Part shown: piece after piece, positions 53,098 to 61,193 of the stretch
Position numbering within the stretch: position 1 is the stretch's first letter
Layout: every line of letters begins with the position of its first letter
The notes under the pieces: model-generated
Databases searched by the model: none
What the model was told of the DNA's origin: nothing
The model's input: the letters and a program-made list of their open reading frames with translations, nothing else
Program-made: the position numbers and the translations under genes
DNA from: an uncultured bacterium
GTDB lineage: Bacteria > Verrucomicrobiota > Verrucomicrobiia > Limisphaerales > UBA8199
Direction: 5' to 3'
NCBI GenBank assembly: GCA_963749495.1
Contig: CAVVMW010000010.1
Location: forward strand, 512,001 to 576,000
DNA length: 64,000 nucleotides

Positions 53098-54963
53098 TCA
53101 AGCCGGGTCGCATTTTCGGTCGTCTTTGGATATCGGCGTCCTCGGATTCCCCGGGGATTCGCCGGCCAGGACATTCCAGCCGCGCCGGCTCAGATGCCAA
53201 TACAGATAAACTGCCGCCGCGGCGGCGGCGCCCAAAAACAGGAGTCCGGCGCCCCAGCAGCCGAAAATGATTTTCCCGGCGCCAAACAAGGTCATGTAAA
53301 CCATGGTGCAGCCTGCCAGCCAGTCCAGGAAGTTGCTTCCCTCATCGCGTGGCGGCGCTATTTCGGGGGCTTGGCGGGCGATTGGACCCCAGAACGTGGG
53401 ACTCGGCCGCACCCGCCGGTAAAAACGCAGGAGTGTCTGTGGGGTTTCCGGGGCGGTCCACCAAGTGACCATGAGCCATACCAGGGTGGAAGAGGCGACG
53501 GTGATCAACACCGTCCAGGCAAATTGCCGGGGGTCATTCGTGTTGAGTTTCCAGCCCAATTGGAGCGTCAGCGAAGTGATAAACGAGGCCGCCATGGCTG
53601 CCACTTCGCTCCAGGCATTGATACGCCACCAGAACCAACGCAGGATGAAAATGCCGCCGGTCCCGGCTCCCACGGCCATCAGGAATTTCCAGGCCCCGGC
53701 GATGGAGTCCTGATAATAAGTGACCACCGAGGAAAGCAACATCAGAAGGAGGGTCGAGAGTTGCGCGATCCGGACATAATGTGTTTCTGGTTTGCCCTTG
53801 GCCAGAAAGCGCCGGTAGAGGTCATTTACCAGGTAGGAGGCGCCCCAGTTCAACTGCGTGGCTACGGTGGACATGTAGGCCGCGGCAAAGGCGGCAATCA
53901 TCAAGCCAGCCAAGGCCGGTGGCAAGACCTTGGGGTCCGCCACCGCTTTGATGAACCCGGATTCCTTATCGGCCAGGGAGGGATAGAGCACCAGCGAAGC
54001 CAGGGCGGTGAGAATCCAGGGCCAGGGACGCAAGGCGAAATGCGCAATGCTGAACCACAAGGTCGCCAGCAGGGAATGCTTCTCATCTTTTGCGCACAGC
54101 ATCCGCTGTGCGACGAACCCACCGCCCCCGGGCTCTGAGCCCGGATACCAGGTGGCCCACCAGATGACAAACAGGTAAACGAAAAACGCTATCATCGGCA
54201 TCCAGGCCGAGCCAATGTCGGGCGTAAAGGACAGGATGGAGCCCGCGCCTCCTCTGGCCGCGTCCAAAGCCCGCAGCTTGGCCTGCAGGGCCGCCATCCC
54301 GCCTACGGCCTTGATTGCGAAAAAGGCCAGCACGATGACCATCCCCATTTTGAGCACAAATTGGAACAGGTCTGTCACCAGAACGCCCCACAATCCGGAT
54401 AAGGTGGAGATCATTGCGGTGAGCAGCATAATGACGAATACCACGCACAAAGCGGCGATCTTCGGATCATGGATCCCCAGCGCCGGCAGGTGCAAATCAG
54501 GGAAGATCACCAGCAGGATTTTCACCATGGCCAGGTTCACCCAGCCCAGGATGATGCAATTGATCGGCAAACCCAGGTAGAGGGCGCGAAAGCCGCGGAG
54601 GAAAGCCGCGGGCTTGCCGCCGTAGCGCAGTTCGGTCAACTCGAGGTCAGTCACCACGCCCGCTCGGCGCCACAAGCGGGCAAAGAAAAACACCGTGAGC
54701 ATGTTGCTGAGCAGCAGGTTCCACCAGAGCCAATTGCCGGCGATGCCGTAAGAGGCCACCAGCCCGGTGACGGCCAGAGGGGTGTCGGCGGCGAAGGTGG
54801 TGGCCACCATGCTCGTGCCCGCCAGCCACCAGGACGCGTTGCGGCCGCTCACGAAATAGTCCTCGGTCGAACTGGTCGCGCGCTTGCGATACCAGAGGCC
54901 AATGAGCAAATTGATCGCGAAATACCCCGCAACGACTGACCAGTCGAACAAGGTGAGTTTCAT
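53098..54963 (-). CDS. Sodium:solute symporter (SSS)
   Basis: DYFVSGR, SMVATTFAADT, QRMLCAKDE, AAYMST. Confidence 0.9.
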   Translation of the reverse strand: MKLTLFDWSVVAGYFAINLLIGLWYRKRATSSTEDYFVSGRNASWWLAGTSMVATTFAADTPLAVTGLVASYGIAGNWLWWNLLLSNMLTVFFFARLWRRAGVVTDLELTELRYGGKPAAFLRGFRALYLGLPINCIILGWVNLAMVKILLVIFPDLHLPALGIHDPKIAALCVVFVIMLLTAMISTLSGLWGVLVTDLFQFVLKMGMVIVLAFFAIKAVGGMAALQAKLRALDAARGGAGSILSFTPDIGSAWMPMIAFFVYLFVIWWATWYPGSEPGGGGFVAQRMLCAKDEKHSLLATLWFSIAHFALRPWPWILTALASLVLYPSLADKESGFIKAVADPKVLPPALAGLMIAAFAAAYMSTVATQLNWGASYLVNDLYRRFLAKGKPETHYVRIAQLSTLLLMLLSSVVTYYQDSIAGAWKFLMAVGAGTGGIFILRWFWWRINAWSEVAAMAASFITSLTLQLGWKLNTNDPRQFAWTVLITVASSTLVWLMVTWWTAPETPQTLLRFYRRVRPSPTFWGPIARQAPEIAPPRDEGSNFLDWLAGCTMVYMTLFGAGKIIFGCWGAGLLFLGAAAAAAVYLYWHLSRRGWNVLAGESPGNPRTPISKDDRKCDPA

Positions 54964-55104
54964 GAAGCCGACCTTCCTGTAAACGGGTTAACGCCGCGCA
55001 GGAATAAGGCCGGCATGGCCCCCATTGTGCCGCGCACTTTGGGAAGATGCCGCCGGTTCACTTGCCAGTCGGCCAAAGGCATGGGGCGAACGGTATTGTG
55101 CATC

Positions 55105-55131
55105 CTCTGCGTTCTTTGCGTCTCTGCGGTT
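55105..55131. repeat. Single arm of the CGC-periodic repeat family
   Basis: CTCTGCGTTCTTTGCGTCTCTGCGGTT, nearly identical to the right arm at 48672-48698. Confidence 0.8.
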
Positions 55132-55155
55132 GATTAGGCGCTCCGAAGGCCTGGC

Positions 55156-55583
55156 CTAGGGTTTGTCCCGGAACGGCTGGGATCGTTTGTACAGCAGGAT
55201 TCGTTCTTGCATTTCCTTCCGGTCTGACTCGCTGGGTTTGCCGGTGCGCAGGGCTTGTTCCTCGAATTCGACGGCGCGTTTGAAATCGCCGGCTTCGGCG
55301 CAGGCCGCGGCGAGCGTGTCAATCCAGTTCCACTCTTTCCATTTTCATCAAGGGTCGCCCCGCTCGGCACACAACCTTCCACGGCATCCACCTCCACGTA
55401 GAGCCGGGGACAGGGCGAGGCGAGCAGATACAGCCGAGCCGGCACACAGAAAGCCAGGTTCTCGGCAGAGCCCGATCCTGTCGCGGCACGCTTCGCCTTG
55501 GGAGTGGAACAGCCTGCCAACGCCAGGCCACAGGCGAGCAGAGCTGCCCAGGCAAAGAACCGCAGAAGCGTGAGCGTTCTCAT
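55156..55583 (-). pseudogene. Internally deleted lipoprotein/TPR gene
   Basis: Lipoprotein N-terminus (LALAG-C) joined out of frame to a TPR-type tail WNWIDTLAAACAEAGDFKRAVEFEEQAL...ERILLYKRSQPFRDKP*. Confidence 0.6.
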
Positions 55584-55892
55584 AACGGCGCGGATTCTTT
55601 GTGACCGCCTCGAAAAAGTCCAGCGTCAAGACATCGCCGTGAAGGTTCGGTTGGCGGATTGACGTTCATGAGCAGGCAATGATTCGCAACTATTCAGGTG
55701 CTCGTGGTCCCAGGACAGTCCATTGCTGTCAAGGGAATATTCAGATTTCCGACCCAGTTATTAACCTTTACTTATGAGTCGCCCCGGAAGAATATTATCC
55801 CAGGTTACGCGGGTTTCGGTCCTCATCTCACAAAGGGCAATCCCTGCCGACTTGCCGCGGCGCGCGACCTGGTGGATATTGGGCTCGCCTCC

Positions 55893-56642
55893 ATGAACGA
55901 AACACAGTCGGAACCGGCGCCTGAAGCGCCAGGCCAATGGTTCGCCACGACACATTGGAGCACGATCCTGGCGGCGGGAAGCGCAGCCTCGCCGCAAGCC
56001 GCTGACGCGCTGGAAAGGCTATGCCGCACGTACTGGTACCCGCTCTACGCGTTCGTGCGGCGCAAGGGTTACGGACCCCATGAGGCGGAGGACCTGACGC
56101 AGAGTTTTTTCGCCCGCTTTTTGGAGAAGCGCTATCTGGACGGCGTGGCGCCGGAAAAAGGGCGATTTCGCACGTTTCTGCTCTGCTCACTCAGCCATTT
56201 CCTGGCCAACGAATGGGACAAGTCGCAGCGGCTCAAACGTGGCGGCGGCCTTACCTTCCTGTCGCTCGAAACCACCCACGCCGAGGAACGCTACGGCGTT
56301 GAAGCCGCCGATGCCCGCACCCCGGAACGCGCCTTCGACCAACGCTGGGCCGAGACGATGTTGGACCTGGTGCTCCGACGCCTGCGCGCCGAATTCGGCG
56401 ACACGCGCCAACTCTCCCGGTTCGACGAACTCAAACCCTTCCTGCTCGGCGAACCGGACGCCGCGGCCTATGCCACGGTGGCCGCTCGGCTGCAAATCAG
56501 CGAGCAAGGCGTCAAGTCGGCCGTGCACCGGATGCGACGACGCTTTCGCGAGCTGTTCCGCGAGGAGATTGCCCATGCCGTGGCCAGGCGTGCCGACATT
56601 GACGAGGAACTGCGCTACCTGGTCGAGTTGATGACGAGTTGA
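55893..56642 (+). CDS. ECF sigma factor (type paired with Ser/Thr kinases in PVC bacteria)
   Basis: FATTHWS, LCRTYWYPLYAFVRR, AEDLTQ, GRFRTFL, VKSAVHRMRRR. Confidence 0.9.
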   Translation: MNETQSEPAPEAPGQWFATTHWSTILAAGSAASPQAADALERLCRTYWYPLYAFVRRKGYGPHEAEDLTQSFFARFLEKRYLDGVAPEKGRFRTFLLCSLSHFLANEWDKSQRLKRGGGLTFLSLETTHAEERYGVEAADARTPERAFDQRWAETMLDLVLRRLRAEFGDTRQLSRFDELKPFLLGEPDAAAYATVAARLQISEQGVKSAVHRMRRRFRELFREEIAHAVARRADIDEELRYLVELMTS

Positions 56643-56712
56643 GCACGCCTATGAATTGATTCCTCGGAACCTCCGGCCCGTCTTGCTTCTGAAAAGCAGT
56701 GATGCGCCAGCC

Positions 56713-59700
56713 TTGAGCACCACGCCCTCATCGCCAGTTTGCCCGAAGTGCGGGGCCGCCCTGCCGCCCACCGCAGCCGAGGGCCTGTGCTCGCGCTGTC
56801 TCTTCGCGCGATTGGGGGACGACGAAGCGCTGGCGGCGGAAATCGCCGCCGAGGCCGCTGGTCCAACCGATGTCACCGCCCCGCCCGAAGCCCGGCCCCG
56901 GGGCGAATTCGGCGACTACGAACTGCTCGAGGAAATCGGCCGCGGTGGCATGGGCATCGTCTATCGCGCCCGACAGCTCAGCCTCAATCGCCCCGTCGCG
57001 ATCAAAGTGATCAAGCTGGGCATGGACACAGCGGCCGTCATCGCCCGCTTCCAGGCGGAGCGCCAGGCCCTGGCGTTGATGGACCATCCGGGTATCGCCC
57101 GTGTCTTCAATGCCGGCGCCAGCGCCGCGGGCCGGCCTTACTTCGTGATGGAACTGGTCCGCGGCTTCAGGATCACCGACTACTGTGACCGGCACAGACT
57201 ATCCGTGCGCGAGCGGTTGGAGCTGTTCATCAAGGTCTGCCAGGCCGTCCAACACGCCCACCAAAAGGGTGTCATCCACCGCGACCTCAAACCTTCGAAC
57301 ATCCTTGTGACCGAGCTCGACGGGCAGGCCGCGCCCAAGGTCATTGACTTCGGCATCGCCAAGGCGACCGACGCCCGCCCGGCCGACCCCACCGGGTTCA
57401 CCGTCGTCGGCCAATTCATCGGCACCCCGGCCTACCTCAGCCCGGAGCAGGCCGAACCGGGCGCGCTGGACATCGACACCCGCACCGACATCTACAGCCT
57501 CGGGGTGCTGCTCTACGAATTGCTGACCGGCCACCTGCCATTCGAGCCCGAGGAACTGGCCGGCGCCAGCCTGGATGAAATCCGCCGCACCATTCGCGAG
57601 AAACAGGCGCCCCGTCCCTCGACGCGGCTGAGTCAGGAACGTGCAGCAGCCGACGCATGGAAGCTCACTTCCAACTCCGCGCGCCGCACTCCGCGCGCCG
57701 CACTCGACAGGGCCTCCTCGCGTCGGCTCCTGCAAGAAGTTCGCGGCGACCTGGACTGGATCGTGATGAAATGCCTGGAGAAGGACAGGACGCGCCGCTA
57801 TGAGACGGCCAACGGTCTGGCCGCCGATCTCAAGCGGCACTTGAACCACGAGCCGGTAGTCGCCCGTCCTCCCAGCCGTCTCTATGCATTTCAGAAGACC
57901 GTGCGCCGCCAGTGGGCGGGCTTCGCGGCGGCGGCGGCGGTCCTCCTGGCCCTGGCGGCAGGCGTGTTGGCCAGCACCTGGCAGGCGGTGCGAGCCAGAC
58001 ACGCCGAACTCGCCGCCCGCCAGCGCGCCTACGCCTCGGACATGAATGTCGCCAAGCAGGCGCTCGACGACAACAATCTCGGCCAGGCGCTGGACCTCCT
58101 GAACCGGCAGCGGCCCATGCCGGGCCAGAAAGACCTGCGCGGTTGGGAATGGCGTTATCTCTGGCAGCAGACCCGCAGTGACGCGCTGTTCACCCTGTGC
58201 CAGCAATCCAGCAGGATCAGTTCGCTGGCCGTTTCGGGCGATGGCAACTGGCTGGCAGTTGGCGCGTATCACAAAGGCGGTCTGTCGGTGTGGGACTTGC
58301 GAACGCGGCGAGAGTTGATCCGCCTGGCGGAAAACGAAGAACTTATCCGTGCGGCCTTTTCACCCACCGAACCGCTGCTGGCCTTCACCGGCGCCAATTT
58401 CTCCGCTTCCGGGGAAGAGCACTTTACCTTGCATCTCTGGAATTCAGGGACGCGGCGGAAGGCCACCGAGTTCCCACTGGATAACCGTTGCATGGGGTTG
58501 GCCTTTTCCAGCGATGGCCGCACGCTGGTGACTTCTACAGCCGGAGGACACATCACTCTCTGGAGGGTGCCGGAAGGGACCAGGCTTGCCAGCTATCTTT
58601 GTGAACAATCTCAGGTTGAGGAAGGAACACCTTTTGCCGCAACGCCGGGCCTGAGTTTTGCCGCCTACGGGCTGTTGGCGCAGGGGGTTCGCGTCATTGA
58701 CTTGCACGACGGCAAGGAACTCTGGACCCGGGCGGCCGCGAAAGACCGGGTCACCGCGCTGGCATTTTCACCAGACGAAAAAACACTGGCGACGGCCGCG
58801 GGCTTCGGCGAATCGGACATCCGGCTGTGGGAGGTCGCCACCGGCAGGGAAATCGGACGGCTCCAAGGCCATGGGTCCTGGGTCTGTTCGCTGGTGTTCT
58901 GGCCGGACAGCAAGAAGTTGGCCTCAAGCAGTGCTGACCAGATGATCCTCAGTTGGGATGTTCCCAGGCTAGAGCGCCTGGATGAGTTGCGCGGCCATCG
59001 TCAGCCCGTGTGGCGGCTCGCCTTGCTCCCCGATCACAAAACGCTCGTGAGCGGCTCCAAGGACGGCGCGGTTTGCTTCTGGGACGCATCCGTCACGCAC
59101 CCGAGGCATCTTCGCATCACGACCCTGCAGGGCGTGGTTACCTGGTGCTTCCTGCCAGACCCCCCATCGGTTCTAACCTTGGACCGGCAGGGTCGGGTGA
59201 CGCGATGGGCGGGAGAGGACTTTCAGCGGAGAGAACCCCTGTTGGCCATCGGCCCCAACTCTATTCCCCGCAGTTATAATGTCTTTTCCCAGGACGGGCG
59301 CTTCCTGGCGGTCGGTTCCACCAACGGAACCCTCAAGATTTGGGACTTGCCACAACGGACGCTTCGGCATGGGTGGACGAACCTAACGGCAGGGGTGGAA
59401 CCGGTAAGATTCCTCGCGGACGGAAACAAATTGATAACGTGGGGCAGGGGTGAGGGTTTGTTTCCGTCCTTTCACGAATGGGACCTCATGACGGGATTGG
59501 AAGTGCAGTCGTGGCGCTCGCCGGCGCCTGCGGGTCAGGCGGTTGGTGTTTCGCCTGACGAGCGCTTGTGCGTGGCCTTCGGTGATGCAGGGGATGTCAT
59601 TCTCAGAAACCTTGCCGCCCAAAGCGATGCGCGACTCAAGGTGGAGGATCGCGACAGTAATGATGCCGCTTTTTCTCCTGACGGGAGGCTTCTCGCCCTC

Positions 59701-60045
59701 GCGAGTGGCACGGGTTACGCCCGAGTGTGGGAGGCGGCGACCTGGCGGCGACAGGCGACTCTTCGTGGCCTTCCCCGCTACGTCGCCTCTGTGGCCTTCT
59801 CACCCGATGGCAAACGCCTGGCAACCGGCAGCGACGGCAAACAAGCGGTCAAACTGTGGGACACCGCAAGCTGGGAAGGCGTGATTGCTTTGGAAGCGGA
59901 GGGTTCCGAGTTCTCCCTCTTGGCGTTTTCCCCTGATGGCAATGCCATCGGCTCGTTGAACCGAACGGGCGTCCTGCACATCTGGCGCGCGCGGTCCTGG
60001 CCGGAGATCGAAGCGGCGGAAAAGACTCAGGCAGAGCGCCAATGA
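56713..60045 (+). CDS. Ser/Thr protein kinase with TM segment and WD40 repeats
   Basis: CPKC..LCSRC N-terminus; GRGGMG, HRDLKPSN, DFG, GTPAYLSPEQ; RGWEWRYL; many FSPDG WD repeats. Start 56656 or 56713. Confidence 0.95.
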   Translation: MSTTPSSPVCPKCGAALPPTAAEGLCSRCLFARLGDDEALAAEIAAEAAGPTDVTAPPEARPRGEFGDYELLEEIGRGGMGIVYRARQLSLNRPVAIKVIKLGMDTAAVIARFQAERQALALMDHPGIARVFNAGASAAGRPYFVMELVRGFRITDYCDRHRLSVRERLELFIKVCQAVQHAHQKGVIHRDLKPSNILVTELDGQAAPKVIDFGIAKATDARPADPTGFTVVGQFIGTPAYLSPEQAEPGALDIDTRTDIYSLGVLLYELLTGHLPFEPEELAGASLDEIRRTIREKQAPRPSTRLSQERAAADAWKLTSNSARRTPRAALDRASSRRLLQEVRGDLDWIVMKCLEKDRTRRYETANGLAADLKRHLNHEPVVARPPSRLYAFQKTVRRQWAGFAAAAAVLLALAAGVLASTWQAVRARHAELAARQRAYASDMNVAKQALDDNNLGQALDLLNRQRPMPGQKDLRGWEWRYLWQQTRSDALFTLCQQSSRISSLAVSGDGNWLAVGAYHKGGLSVWDLRTRRELIRLAENEELIRAAFSPTEPLLAFTGANFSASGEEHFTLHLWNSGTRRKATEFPLDNRCMGLAFSSDGRTLVTSTAGGHITLWRVPEGTRLASYLCEQSQVEEGTPFAATPGLSFAAYGLLAQGVRVIDLHDGKELWTRAAAKDRVTALAFSPDEKTLATAAGFGESDIRLWEVATGREIGRLQGHGSWVCSLVFWPDSKKLASSSADQMILSWDVPRLERLDELRGHRQPVWRLALLPDHKTLVSGSKDGAVCFWDASVTHPRHLRITTLQGVVTWCFLPDPPSVLTLDRQGRVTRWAGEDFQRREPLLAIGPNSIPRSYNVFSQDGRFLAVGSTNGTLKIWDLPQRTLRHGWTNLTAGVEPVRFLADGNKLITWGRGEGLFPSFHEWDLMTGLEVQSWRSPAPAGQAVGVSPDERLCVAFGDAGDVILRNLAAQSDARLKVEDRDSNDAAFSPDGRLLALASGTGYARVWEAATWRRQATLRGLPRYVASVAFSPDGKRLATGSDGKQAVKLWDTASWEGVIALEAEGSEFSLLAFSPDGNAIGSLNRTGVLHIWRARSWPEIEAAEKTQAERQ

Positions 60046-61193
60046 AGGCGCCCACTCCCCCCACCCTCGCGCACTAAGGCGGTGGAAATAAATAAAGGTA
60101 GCAACCTGCCTTTGTCTTTTGCCGCCCAGCTTCGTTGCCCGCTCGTTGCAGACCGCTGGCCGCCCGCTGGCTCGGCTCGACGCCGACGCCGCGGCCGCCT
60201 GGCTACTCGCATCAGCGCCGATGGCCCGGCGGGTGGTGATCAAGCCCTTGGCACCGAGGCCATGCCGCCCTCCTGGTGCCCCGGATTCGCGGCACCTCTG
60301 GCGAGGCCGGAGCTTAAGCTGGTGCAAAAACCACCGCTGCCAACCAGTTTGAAAAGTGAGGACTGACACTCGCACAGTTGAACCGGGAGCTGGGCCGATG
60401 GGTTTCACTTGCGTTTCTTGGGCTCGGAAGTGGGATTGGTCGAACAGGTGCATGGGGAATTTGGCGGGATCCGCTTGAGGCCTTCCGGACCGAGAGAGGA
60501 CATCTGTTGGGATCATTGGCATGAGAAGTGCTTCCACGCCAAAAGACCCGCGCACAGATCTCTCTCGACACCTTCCTGGACTCGTGGTGAAGTCGGGTGA
60601 TCACCGGGCAGAAGTCCGCGATGGGCTGTCATGGTTTGCGGACTTCGTAGCCGTTGGGTGTGGGAATCAGTTGGTTATGAAATTGGCAGCGGGAATTGAG
60701 ACGCCGGGTTTGGGCGAGCATAAGCGGGCTGCTCACCATTCCAGATTCCATGCCAACGTGCGGCATTTTGGCGGCTTGTCCAGCAGGCTTCTGACACGCT
60801 GCAGCTCAAGACCGGCTCGAGCCCCGAAAGGCCCACCATCTCCAAAGCCATGACCATTGTGGGCTACAACGGCCGGGCCACGATTGGCCACTGACCCGTT
60901 CAAATGGACACGACTATGAAAAGCTCAACTCTGAACCGTGGTTGCACTCTTCCTGCTGACACGCGCGGCCCGCGCCCAGGGCGCCATCCTGGGCAAGGCC
61001 ATGACCGGCCTCGCGGGGGGCGAGGGCCCAGTCCTGGTGCTGGCCGCGCCGATGGAATAGGCGCCGTTTTCTCAAGAAACGTCGAAATCGCGATTCTTTG
61101 TAATCCCCCGGCGGCATTGCTTCTGAACAGAATAAAGGCTGATGCGCTGCACGGGTCGAGGGGCGCCGCGGCCTCAGGAACATGTTGGCATTT

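Noticed and set aside
60810..60840. tRNA 3'-end-like string CCGGCTCGAGCCCCGAAAGGCCCACCA (possible att remnant)
   Set aside because: Spacing fits but the T-stem does not pair, the T-loop is degenerate, and there is no 5' half or integrase nearby.
60050..61190. Coding or ncRNA content in the 1.1-kb gap after the kinase
   Set aside because: Only short ORFs without recognisable motifs; no structure I can support.
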